Source: Pseudogracilibacillus sp. (GTDB lineage: Bacteria > Bacillota > Bacilli > Bacillales > Amphibacillaceae). From it: a DNA stretch of 64,000 nt. The position numbers were made by a program, and so were the translations under genes. Below the pieces are notes generated by a model. That model did no database searches. It saw only the letters and a program-made list of their open reading frames with translations, and had not been told where the DNA came from. Of the stretch, positions 1 to 9,020 are shown piece by piece (position 1 is the first letter of the stretch; each line of letters starts with the position of its first letter). The DNA is taken from the NCBI GenBank assembly GCA_035303165.1, contig DATGRY010000117.1, positions 2,002-66,001 on the forward strand. Reading direction: 5' to 3'.

Positions 1-1
1 T

Positions 2-679
2 ACGGGAAAACCTGTTGGCATCAAAGTCGTTGCAGGTGATAACAATTCGTTTGAGTCATTTGCTCGTCATATGAAAAAGACAGGACAAGGTCCTGATTTT
101 ATTGCAATCGACGGTGCAGAGGGTGGTACAGGGGCTACGTATCAAGAAATGGCTGATAGTCTAGGATTACCGATTTATTCTGGTATACACATTCTAAATA
201 ATACACTACGAAAATACGGTGTTCGCGATCAGGTGAAAATTTTTGCTTCTGGTATGTTAGCTACAGCAGATAAAATGGCTGTCGCCTTAGCGCTTGGAGC
301 CGATTTAATTTACGTCGCACGTGCTGCGATGAATACTGTTGGCTGTATTAATGCTGCAAAATGTCATACGAATTTATGTCCAGTCGGTATTACGTCGCAT
401 TTACCTCATTTAGAAGCAGGGGTAGTCGTTCAAGAAAAACGTTTCCGTACGGCAAACTATTTACGTACGATGCGTGAGGGACTTTTTATGCTCGGTGCAT
501 CCTGTGGTATTGCATCACCGACGAAATTTCATACAGAACATATTGCGATACGCGAAACGAACAACGATGTAAATAAAATTCAAACGTTCGTACAGAAAGG
601 TTCCGTTGCGGAGGCAACACCGATTAACGAACGAAAACAACAGGAAAAACAAGAAGATACAAAGTTAGTAAGTAGTTAA
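2..679 (+). CDS. glutamate synthase-like FMN-binding domain protein (YerD-like); 5' end lies outside the window
   Basis: The reading frame is open from the window edge (TGKPVGIKVVAG...). The motif DFIAIDGAEGGTGA and the GADLIYVARAAM segment are typical of the GltS FMN domain. Confidence 0.75.
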   Translation, partial: TGKPVGIKVVAGDNNSFESFARHMKKTGQGPDFIAIDGAEGGTGATYQEMADSLGLPIYSGIHILNNTLRKYGVRDQVKIFASGMLATADKMAVALALGADLIYVARAAMNTVGCINAAKCHTNLCPVGITSHLPHLEAGVVVQEKRFRTANYLRTMREGLFMLGASCGIASPTKFHTEHIAIRETNNDVNKIQTFVQKGSVAEATPINERKQQEKQEDTKLVSS

Positions 680-741
680 TCATACTATAGCCTGGGAAAT
701 AACTGTATAATAAGGTCGTTCATAAACATTATAAGCAAATT

Positions 742-790
742 AGCGAATTGGATCCTTTCATCTATTGGTTCAATTCGCTTTTGTATTTGT
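742..790 (+). terminator. intrinsic terminator after the glutamate synthase-like gene
   Basis: A 9-bp stem AGCGAATTG/CAATTCGCT with a 20-nt loop is followed by TTTGTATTTGT. Confidence 0.5.
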
Positions 791-1125
791 TACACTTTCA
801 AACTGACCTATTTTACTGTACTGATTAAACATTACGTATAATTACGTTCAAGGTATGTTTAAAGCGAATACGAATTCGCTATGAAGAGCAAGTTCCATTA
901 CCTTAGGAAACATTTCAGTCGGGTCGTTATTCATTTACTAATGGTCATTTTTTCAACGAAAATTAGTAAGGAGAACGTAAGCTAAAATGGGGGGTCATAA
1001 AATGTCGTAGCGAAAAGATATAAATTATATGATTCGTTCAAAATGAAAAAACGACTTCGACACATTGGCAGCGCGCTTCTCATCGGGCCGCCATGTGAAA
1101 AAGTCGCTTCTTTTTATATTTACTG

Positions 1126-1512
1126 TTATGTTCGATCAATATGAACAGGATCCCACGTACTTAAACCACCGCGCACGTTCGCCAACTGTGTAAAGCCACG
1201 TCGTTTTAATCGTTTGCATGCCTCATTACCCCGGGCACCCGTTTGACAAATGACGACTACTTTTTTGTTTTTTGACAGCTGCTTCGCCTCTTTTCGAAGG
1301 TCGCGTAACGGGATATTTTCAAAGCCGTAAATGTGAAATTGAGCATATTTCGCAGGTGGGCGCACATCGATAAATTGAATCGAATCATCTTTTAACTGTT
1401 CACGTAATTGGTCTGCGGTTAATTGCTCGACTCCACGTGCAGGTAATATCTTTTTTAATACGAGCAACGCAAATATAACGGAAACTATAATTTGGAACAT
1501 TTCAAACGTCAT
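1126..1512 (-). CDS. membrane-anchored single-domain rhodanese (sulfurtransferase-like)
   Basis: It has an N-terminal hydrophobic helix and the active-site loop CQTGARG. It sits 24 nt downstream of the XRE-cupin gene on the same strand. Confidence 0.8.
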   Translation of the reverse strand: MTFEMFQIIVSVIFALLVLKKILPARGVEQLTADQLREQLKDDSIQFIDVRPPAKYAQFHIYGFENIPLRDLRKEAKQLSKNKKVVVICQTGARGNEACKRLKRRGFTQLANVRGGLSTWDPVHIDRT

Positions 1513-1536
1513 ATCGTTTCCTCCATTTCCTTATTG

Positions 1537-2106
1537 CTACGCTTCGTCCGCTTCTATAAATAACGTTAACACTTCTGCCCCTTCATTGTCTACCGGAACA
1601 AATAAATGTGGCTTCGTCCCTTTAAAAAAGGCTGTATCACCTTTTTCCATAAAAAATGTATCTCCATCGTAAAAGAGTTCCATTTTACCTTCTAAAATGT
1701 AAATAAACTCATCGTGTGAATGAGTATATGCTTCTTCCCGTATATTGAGATCTTTCGGTGTGACATACACAATCGTAGGTTCGACACCAGAAAACTTTGA
1801 GCGGTTCGCTAACAACTCATACGAATAACCCATATGAACGTCATCCACTTTCGGTTGGCGTAATTCTTTGCGTAATAATACGATATCTTGTTCCGGAGTT
1901 TCTTCGAGCAACCATGATAAAGGGACATCGAGTGCTTCAGAAATTTTTGACAATGTAGCAATAGCGGAAGAGGTTTGACCGTTTTCAATTTTCGACAATA
2001 AGCTTTTCGAAATGTTACATTCGTCGGCTATTTGTTGTTGCGTCTTTTTCTTCCGTAAACGAAGTTGTTTTATTTTTTTCCCTAACAAGTCTAAATTAAT
2101 CGTCAA
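1537..2106 (-). CDS. XRE-family HTH transcriptional regulator with C-terminal cupin domain
   Basis: The N-terminal HTH reads QQQIADECNISKSLLSKIENG. The C-terminal cupin-like segment reads HSHDEFIYILEG...GDTAFF. TTG start; the exact start is uncertain. Confidence 0.8.
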   Translation of the reverse strand: MTINLDLLGKKIKQLRLRKKKTQQQIADECNISKSLLSKIENGQTSSAIATLSKISEALDVPLSWLLEETPEQDIVLLRKELRQPKVDDVHMGYSYELLANRSKFSGVEPTIVYVTPKDLNIREEAYTHSHDEFIYILEGKMELFYDGDTFFMEKGDTAFFKGTKPHLFVPVDNEGAEVLTLFIEADEA

Positions 2107-2201
2107 CCTCTCCCTTCAACGTTCACCATTACCATGTATAGTTTATCATATTCAATTGTGTAAATGTAGTAAGTACATTGTAGTTGGAGGTGATTGTTAC
2201 G

Positions 2202-3218
2202 TTAACTAGACATTCTGTTCCAAATCTTTTTATACTGATTTTTTAAAAAGAAATAAATCATTTCACGTTTTCGTTGACGTTGCATAAACTCTTCCTGTTT
2301 CGGTCGTTTCGTTTGTCGCTCATCTCCTAACGTGTACGCTAATGATTTACTCGGTAAATGTTTTGTTAATTTATTTTGAATGAAGACAGAAGCTTCTTGT
2401 AACTTTTCTTCGTCAATTCCACTATCAATCCCTAAACCGTTCAACAAATATAAAAGATCGTCTGTCGCAACATTTCCAGCCGCCCCTGGTGCATACGGGC
2501 AGCCGCCTAGACCGCCTAACGAAGCATCGAATCGACGAATACCATACTCCATCGACATTAAGATGTTTGCTATTGCCATACCACGTGTATCATGAAAATG
2601 CATAATAATATTTTTACTAGGGAAACGATACAACACTTCCTCCAGGAGAGCTGCTACTTCCGATGGGACTGCCGTTCCGATCGTATCACCTAGTGAAATA
2701 TCTTCTACACCGAGTTCGAACAGTTTTTCACATACTCGCAAAACATCATCGCGCGCTATTTTTCCTTCATATGGACAATCGATGACAGTCGATACGTATC
2801 CTGTTACTCGTTTATTTTCTCGCTTTGCACCATCAATTACTTGCTTTAAAACGGGATACGTTTCTGCGATCGTTTTGTTTATATTTTTTTTATTGTGCGT
2901 CTCACTCGCCGACATAAAAACAGACACTGTATCGATTCCTGCTTCAAGCGCATTTTCTAACCCTCTTTCGTTCGGTACGAGAGCTGAATACGTCACACTT
3001 GGATTACGTTTTATTCGCTTACCAACTTCTTTTGCATCTTTTAGCGCAGGAACCCATTTAGGATGGACAAAAGCTGAATATTCGATTTCTCGAATACCTG
3101 ATTCCGACAACATATTAATCCAAGCGACTTTATCGTCTGTCTCTACCCATTCTCGTTCATTTTGCAACCCGTCTCTCGGTCCGACTTCTTTAATATATAC
3201 TTCCTCAGGAAAACGCAT
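2202..3218 (-). CDS. hydroxymethylglutaryl-CoA lyase family protein with an atypical C-terminal tail
   Basis: The N terminus EVGPRDGLQNE and the HFHDTRG / GGLGGCPYAPGAAGN motifs are characteristic of the HMGL family. About 35 extra basic residues follow the usual end. Confidence 0.85.
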   Translation of the reverse strand: MRFPEEVYIKEVGPRDGLQNEREWVETDDKVAWINMLSESGIREIEYSAFVHPKWVPALKDAKEVGKRIKRNPSVTYSALVPNERGLENALEAGIDTVSVFMSASETHNKKNINKTIAETYPVLKQVIDGAKRENKRVTGYVSTVIDCPYEGKIARDDVLRVCEKLFELGVEDISLGDTIGTAVPSEVAALLEEVLYRFPSKNIIMHFHDTRGMAIANILMSMEYGIRRFDASLGGLGGCPYAPGAAGNVATDDLLYLLNGLGIDSGIDEEKLQEASVFIQNKLTKHLPSKSLAYTLGDERQTKRPKQEEFMQRQRKREMIYFFLKNQYKKIWNRMSS

Positions 3219-3315
3219 GTTATTTCCCTCCTTTAAACCGTTTACAACGCAATGTAAACTGAAGTTTACTTCTGTTCAACCTTGTTGAATTAACTATAAC
3301 GTATTGCGATTGAAT

Positions 3316-3344
3316 TTGTCAAATTCATGAAAATGTTCTATTAT
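3316..3344 (+). promoter_or_regulatory. sigma-A-type promoter for the macro/GNAT pair
   Basis: TTGTCA, a 17-nt spacer, then TATTAT, about 45 nt upstream of the macro-domain start. Confidence 0.5.
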
Positions 3345-3387
3345 GATAATTTAGATAATTACGTCTATTTTTATAAGGAGGATTTGA

Positions 3388-3942
3388 ATGGAGTTTTCAA
3401 TCGGCAATAATCGTTTACGCATTGAAATTGGTGATATAACGAAACTAGATACAGATGCGATCGTAAACGCTGCTAATAGTTCTCTTTTAGGTGGAGGCGG
3501 AGTGGACGGTGCGATACATCGGACTGCAGGCCCAAAGTTACTGGAAGAATGTAAACGAGTTCGCAAGGATGAATTGCATGGAGCACCTTTAGAAACAGGC
3601 GAAGCTGTCATAACGAACGGATATGAGTTAGCTGCACGTTTCGTCATTCATACTGTCGGTCCGATTTGGGATGAAGCTGAGCGTTCGTTACAAGAAAAAC
3701 AACTTGAGAATTGTTACAAAAATTCATTACGCCTTGCGCTAGACAACGGTTTGACATCGATTGCGTTTCCGTCCATTTCTACTGGAGCATTTCGTTTTCC
3801 GCTTCAGTTAGCATCGGCAACCGCACTTAAAACGGTGAAAAGTTTTTTAGAAACAAACTCTTTTGGCACCGTCGTCATCGTGTTATTTTCAGAAAATGAC
3901 TATGCTGAATATGAACGACAAGCTGAACAAATTTTTAATTAA
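3388..3942 (+). CDS. macro domain protein (O-acetyl-ADP-ribose deacetylase-like)
   Basis: Motifs IVNAANSSLLGGGGVDGAIHRTAGP and SIAFPSISTGAF are present. RBS AAGGAGGA. Confidence 0.85.
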   Translation: MEFSIGNNRLRIEIGDITKLDTDAIVNAANSSLLGGGGVDGAIHRTAGPKLLEECKRVRKDELHGAPLETGEAVITNGYELAARFVIHTVGPIWDEAERSLQEKQLENCYKNSLRLALDNGLTSIAFPSISTGAFRFPLQLASATALKTVKSFLETNSFGTVVIVLFSENDYAEYERQAEQIFN

Positions 3943-3947
3943 ATACG

Positions 3948-4496
3948 ATGCTTTATATACAATTAGATAAATATTTAGCCGTAAGGATGTTAAGCGGTCG
4001 CGACGTTCAACCGTTAAGGTCGTTTATAAATGAAACGAGTGAAGCGACGAAATATTGGATGCCTCTATTAGCAACATTAAAAACGGAAGAAGACTGTATG
4101 CAATTTATAAAACATTCTCTCGTACTATTTTCTGAAAGACGTGGTGTCATTGCCGGTTTGTTTTGCGAAGAACATTTAGTTGGACTCATTAGCTTCAATG
4201 AAATTGATCAAACGAAAGAAAATGCCTCTATCGGATACATCTTAAAGGAGGCATATCGTGGTAAAGGAATTATGACTGTTGCGTTACGTGCATTTATTTC
4301 GTACGGTTTTTCTACATATCGTTTGCGTGAAGTGGAGTTGCGTATTGCTAATAACAACGATGCGAGCATACGTCTTGCGAAACGTCTCTGTTTTTCATAT
4401 GTGCAAACGATAAAAAATGCAGAAAAGTTACGAGGAAATTATGTTGCACATGATGTATATCGTATTCGCCGAGAGGAATGGAAAGCTTTCTATTAA
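3948..4496 (+). CDS. GNAT family N-acetyltransferase (RimJ/RimL-like)
   Basis: The acetyl-CoA-binding segment YRGKGIMTVALRAFISYGF is present, and length and layout fit the RimL-type family. It starts 6 nt after the macro gene. Confidence 0.75.
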   Translation: MLYIQLDKYLAVRMLSGRDVQPLRSFINETSEATKYWMPLLATLKTEEDCMQFIKHSLVLFSERRGVIAGLFCEEHLVGLISFNEIDQTKENASIGYILKEAYRGKGIMTVALRAFISYGFSTYRLREVELRIANNNDASIRLAKRLCFSYVQTIKNAEKLRGNYVAHDVYRIRREEWKAFY

Positions 4497-4591
4497 GTTG
4501 TGCACAACTATTTCCACATATTCAGATGGCTATTGACATATATGTAGTAGATCTTGTAGCTAGATGATACTATATAATGATTTTTTCTTCT

Positions 4592-4654
4592 CTTTCCACA
4601 TTTTTATGCACATGTTGTGGATAAGTTGTCCACTTAACTCAGACGTTATTCACA
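4592..4654. promoter_or_regulatory. DnaA-box cluster outside oriC
   Basis: There is a perfect TGTGGATAA at 4616-4624 and TTATTCACA (1 mismatch) at 4646-4654. Weaker boxes are CTTTCCACA at 4592-4600 and TTGTCCACT at 4626-4634. Confidence 0.5.
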
Positions 4655-4663
4655 GTTTATTGC

Positions 4664-4715
4664 ATAAAAACTCCCCTTAAAGTAGATTCGTTTGTAGTGT
4701 CTACTTTAGGGGGAG
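4664..4715 (-). terminator. intrinsic terminator of the htrA-like gene
   Basis: On the minus strand a 15-bp stem (CTCCCCCTAAAGTAG/CTACTTTAAGGGGAG, one G-U pair) is followed by TTTTTAT. Confidence 0.7.
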
Positions 4716-4749
4716 CATATCATTCTGATTACATTCTTTTTTCGTTTGT

Positions 4750-5964
4750 TTATAAGTTTTGTTCGCTTAATATAGCTTTCGTTTCATGTCTTTCTCCATC
4801 TCGATAGTAAACGATCGATACTTCATCGCCAATATTTAAGTCTTGATACAATATTTTACGTAAATCTAATATATCTTCGATTTGTTCTCCATTAAACTCA
4901 ACGATTACATCTAATCGCTCTAAACCTGCTTCTTCAGCAGGAGAAAGTGGTTCGATACTCCAAATATAGACGCCACCTGTCACATCATCTGGTAACCGTA
5001 ACGTGTTTTTCCACTCGACTTTCGGTACTTCTTCTAACGAGTACGATTCAACTCCTAAATAAGGACGTATAACTTTACCATTTTCCTCTAACTGCTTAAT
5101 TACTGGACGTGCTGCGTCGATCGGTATCGCAAAACCAATTCCTTCGGCGATATTTTGACTAATTTTCATCGAGTTTATTCCGATCAATTGTCCTTTAATA
5201 TTAATTAGCGCCCCGCCACTATTACCTGGGTTTATTGCAGCATCCGTTTGAATAACTTCCGCTTGCCAATCCGGACGACCGTCTTGGTTAAAGTCTTGTG
5301 GAATTGTGCGTTGTTTTCCACTTATAATTCCTTGCGTAACAGAACCGGCAAACATATGGCCGAGAGGATTTCCAATTGCAATAGCTGGTTCACCTACTTT
5401 CAAGGTTTCTGAAGACCCCATTTCGATCGTCGTTTCGATTTTATCATCTTTTGTGCGTAAGACGGCAAGGTCTGTAAATAAATCGCTACCGAGGAGTTCC
5501 GCTTCAAGACTCGTATCATCGTTTAAAACGATCTCGATCGCATCGGCTCCCTCAACAACGTGATGATTCGTCACGATATAAGCATAACCATCTTCTTTTT
5601 TATAAATAACACCTGAACCTGTTCCTGCTTCGCTATCTTCACCTTGCTCCCAAAAATTCGCGCGACGTTGAATGTTCGTTACGCCGACAACTGCTGGGGA
5701 AACTTTTTCGACGACTTCGGTAATTTGTGTCGACACGTCCACGTTTACTTCTTCTTTTGTTATCTTTGTTTCCGTCGTTTCTTCAGTTTCATTTGAACTT
5801 TTACTTTCATCAAAAACGATGTTTGAACCGAGTAAGTTCGGTAACATGACTAACATGAGTAATATACCTGTTATTAAACCGATAATGATAGGCCATATCC
5901 AAGCTCGTACACGTGAAGACTTATTACGTTGCTTCTCAAAACCATTTCCATTATAATTATCCAT
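4750..5964 (-). CDS. htrC: HtrA/DegP-family serine protease with PDZ domain (YycK/HtrC position)
   Basis: It has an N-terminal TM helix, the catalytic motifs TNHHVV, DLAVL and GNSGGAL, and a C-terminal PDZ. It lies directly downstream of walJ, as in B. subtilis. Confidence 0.85.
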   Translation of the reverse strand: MDNYNGNGFEKQRNKSSRVRAWIWPIIIGLITGILLMLVMLPNLLGSNIVFDESKSSNETEETTETKITKEEVNVDVSTQITEVVEKVSPAVVGVTNIQRRANFWEQGEDSEAGTGSGVIYKKEDGYAYIVTNHHVVEGADAIEIVLNDDTSLEAELLGSDLFTDLAVLRTKDDKIETTIEMGSSETLKVGEPAIAIGNPLGHMFAGSVTQGIISGKQRTIPQDFNQDGRPDWQAEVIQTDAAINPGNSGGALINIKGQLIGINSMKISQNIAEGIGFAIPIDAARPVIKQLEENGKVIRPYLGVESYSLEEVPKVEWKNTLRLPDDVTGGVYIWSIEPLSPAEEAGLERLDVIVEFNGEQIEDILDLRKILYQDLNIGDEVSIVYYRDGERHETKAILSEQNL

Positions 5965-6017
5965 CTTTTCAACTCCTCCGTACGACTACATACTATGTGT
6001 TGTTTTTCCTTACAAGG

Positions 6018-6803
6018 TTACAAAACTTCATATAATGTTGTCGGTATTTCTGGATCAGTATCAAATAAAGGAACTTTTATATCACGTTCTTGTAAAATTT
6101 GATCTACGGACATACGTGCTAAATCCTTCATATTATTATCTTGACTTAAATGGGCTAAATATACACGTTGTGTTTCATCTTTTATTACTTCACTTAAAGC
6201 TAAAGCACAATCTTCGTTAGAAACGTGTCCGGAATCGCCTAAAATACGTCGCTTCACACTCCATGGATACCGACTCATCTGTAACATGGATACATCGTGA
6301 TTAGCCTCAAAAACGAATGCATTCGCACCTTCGACCTTTTTTTTAATCTTTTCAGAAACGTACCCTAAATCAGTAACGAGTGCTACTTTTTTATCGTGAT
6401 GGTGGAACGTAAAAAACATTGGATCTACTGCATCATGTGAGACAGAAAAAGATTCAACGTCTATATCCCCGAAAGTTTTTACACTGTTTGCTTTAAAATG
6501 AAACTTTTGTTCTGTTGAAATGGTGCCAATTTGTTTTTCCATCGCTTTCCACGTACGTTCGTTTGCATAAATCGGTAAGTCATACTTGCGTGCAAGAACC
6601 CCTAATCCCTTCACGTGATCACTATGTTCATGTGTAACGAGAATTCCATCAATTGCTTTTGGATCGACTTTTACTTGTTGAAATAACGCATCCATTTTCT
6701 TCCCACTTAAACCGACATCAACGAGTAAGCTCGTTTGATCTGTCTCAATATAAAAAGCATTTCCCGTACTTCCCGAAGCTAATACGCTAAATCGCATCGC
6801 CAT
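6018..6803 (-). CDS. walJ: MBL-fold metallo-hydrolase WalJ (YycJ)
   Basis: The HEHSDH metal motif is present and the gene sits in the wal operon position. Confidence 0.9.
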   Translation of the reverse strand: MAMRFSVLASGSTGNAFYIETDQTSLLVDVGLSGKKMDALFQQVKVDPKAIDGILVTHEHSDHVKGLGVLARKYDLPIYANERTWKAMEKQIGTISTEQKFHFKANSVKTFGDIDVESFSVSHDAVDPMFFTFHHHDKKVALVTDLGYVSEKIKKKVEGANAFVFEANHDVSMLQMSRYPWSVKRRILGDSGHVSNEDCALALSEVIKDETQRVYLAHLSQDNNMKDLARMSVDQILQERDIKVPLFDTDPEIPTTLYEVL

Positions 6804-6813
6804 TTTTATCTAT

Positions 6814-7722
6814 TCACCCCGAAGTTTCAATTGATCGTAATCTATCTTGTAAATCTTTCACCAACTTTTCAAACTTTGAGCGGTCTTCCGTTTTAGCCAA
6901 CGTTACATCAATAACCTCTGTTAAAAAGTCGTTTTCACTCGATGAAAACGTAAATCCTTCGATTGCATTAACAAAGTAGTCACGTTCACCGTTTACATTC
7001 ACTTTCCAAATTGGTGCAAATACTTGTACACCTGCTTCAAAAGGGACACGCGTATGGAACCCGAGACTAACTTTTGTAATCATATCCCCCGGTTTTAGCT
7101 CGTTTGCATTGTATAACGTTTCGATTGCACGAATAGGCTCCATTAATTTCTTCTTCTCCGCTAACGTTTCTGCTTCATCTAACATCGTCTGCACGTAGTA
7201 AGTAATTTCATTTTTATCATTTAAAAAGAGAAGGACGAGCCCATTTTGGTTATAATAAATTGGCAAGCCTTCTTTCCGTTGAAAGAGGACGATGACATTC
7301 GCTTCTTTATTCCAATTCCAATAGGTATATTCATCCGCATAATAGACGATGTTTTTAAAGATTTCTCCCATTTCTTCTAAATTTATATTTTCATCAATTT
7401 CAACTGGTTTGTCCAATTGAGAAAGAAGAACATGTTGTGTTAACAACGTCGTATCTTGATTTGAATACGGATCTTCTTCTTTTAATTCTTCTATATGAAA
7501 TGATCGTTGCGTAACAGAAATATACGTCTCTTCTTCTACTTCGTCTGGTAAATTTTTATACGTAATTGATTCTGCTTTTAACTGTTCCTCGATCGTCGAA
7601 GGCTCTTGCTGCAAAATTCCAATATCCGCTTCTTCCTTTTTTTCCATCACTTGCATAAATAAATAAACGTCCAAAATAAGGAAGCTAACGATGAGTAAAG
7701 TTTTAATTTGTCCCCAATGCAT
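6814..7722 (-). CDS. yycI: two-component system regulatory protein YycI (WalI)
   Basis: It has a single N-terminal TM helix and follows yycH with a 1-nt overlap. Assignment rests on its operon position. Confidence 0.8.
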   Translation of the reverse strand: MHWGQIKTLLIVSFLILDVYLFMQVMEKKEEADIGILQQEPSTIEEQLKAESITYKNLPDEVEEETYISVTQRSFHIEELKEEDPYSNQDTTLLTQHVLLSQLDKPVEIDENINLEEMGEIFKNIVYYADEYTYWNWNKEANVIVLFQRKEGLPIYYNQNGLVLLFLNDKNEITYYVQTMLDEAETLAEKKKLMEPIRAIETLYNANELKPGDMITKVSLGFHTRVPFEAGVQVFAPIWKVNVNGERDYFVNAIEGFTFSSSENDFLTEVIDVTLAKTEDRSKFEKLVKDLQDRLRSIETSG

Positions 7723-9020
7723 TAGCGATCGTCCTCCTCATTGGAAAAATCGACATGATCTAAGTCGGATTGAATCGGAATCCATTCACCCTGATAAAGC
7801 ATGAACCAATGTGGATCTAACGTTAAACTATGACCATCTTCTAAATACGTAAGTAAATAACCGGCTTGAATATTTTTAATTTGTTCTAGTTGTAAATCTT
7901 TTTTCTGTTCTAGCAAGTCAATAAGTTCTTCACCAGATATTAATTGAACCTCTTGCGTACTTAATAAATTTTCAATATAAATTAACGGTCGACTATATTC
8001 GTATAAATCTTGTTCATTCCATTTCTGTTCGATCGTCGTTAGTTCCGCATAATTGAAAACAGGTAAATCATCGTAGTATAGTCGGTAGCGAATGTAATTT
8101 GTAGGTCCTTTCATATCATCGAGCAAATACTCATCCGTCCAACCGCGATGTTCATTTAAATGTTTCACACTTCGATCGAACAAATCTTCATAGTCTAAAA
8201 TGTCACTTTTTGTTTGTAACGGATTAATATATTCAATACGTAATCCATCTTGCAACACGCGCATACCACGCTGCCCATCTGTAAAATAAGCTTCTCGAAT
8301 ATTCGATTTAACGAGTGACGGGTTTGTAAATAACGCATCGATAAATAAATCAGGATTTACCGTCGATGCCACGAGGGTTTTACGCGTCATATTCGTTTCT
8401 TCTAACGGTAAATAAATCGGTCTTTCTTTATCACCAAACTCGATATAGCGAACAAAATCGGCACTTTCTAACAATGATAAAACGTATTCGTACGCTTCTG
8501 ATTTTTCGATTGTTGCTTTTACTTCTTTCCGTTCATCGATCGAGACGAAAGTAGCAATTAACGAATGATGTTCTTCATCAAATGTTAGGAACATCCGTTC
8601 AAATGACCAATCAGGAGCATAAATTTCTTCATGTAACGTAAACATGGTCGGAATGAGTCGAGCTGGAATATTTGTCGGAAAAATTAATTCGACGAAACTT
8701 TCCTCCTCTTCCGGCCTTCCGCTATAGTCCGTCTCCTTTATATCATAAAGTGTCCATTCTGTTATTTCTTTAAAAAAACTTTTCATTTCTGACGTACTTT
8801 CATAACTTAAAAAATGATGATCGTGATGAAAAATAGCTTTTAGCGGACTAATTAAATCATTTTTCTTTTTTTCCTCTCCGCCGATATCTACTTCACTAAC
8901 ATAGCTCGTGTCGTAAAAGTCCTCGTATTTTGGCTGGTAACTCCACAATAAAAAAGATAAGAAAAAGCTTAAAGCAACGAGAATAAAAAGTATGAATGAT
9001 TTTAACGTTTCATAGCTCAT
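7722..9020 (-). CDS. yycH: two-component system regulatory protein YycH (WalH)
   Basis: It has an N-terminal TM helix and a 4-nt overlap with the walK stop. Assignment rests on its operon position. Confidence 0.8.
   Translation of the reverse strand: MSYETLKSFILFILVALSFFLSFLLWSYQPKYEDFYDTSYVSEVDIGGEEKKKNDLISPLKAIFHHDHHFLSYESTSEMKSFFKEITEWTLYDIKETDYSGRPEEEESFVELIFPTNIPARLIPTMFTLHEEIYAPDWSFERMFLTFDEEHHSLIATFVSIDERKEVKATIEKSEAYEYVLSLLESADFVRYIEFGDKERPIYLPLEETNMTRKTLVASTVNPDLFIDALFTNPSLVKSNIREAYFTDGQRGMRVLQDGLRIEYINPLQTKSDILDYEDLFDRSVKHLNEHRGWTDEYLLDDMKGPTNYIRYRLYYDDLPVFNYAELTTIEQKWNEQDLYEYSRPLIYIENLLSTQEVQLISGEELIDLLEQKKDLQLEQIKNIQAGYLLTYLEDGHSLTLDPHWFMLYQGEWIPIQSDLDHVDFSNEEDDR

Noticed and set aside
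2012-3647. Plus- and minus-strand ORFs (2012-2209, 2380-2595, 2782-3288, 3351-3647) overlapping the regulator, HMG-CoA lyase and macro-domain genes.
   Set aside because: They are antisense shadows of well-supported genes and have no motifs or RBS.
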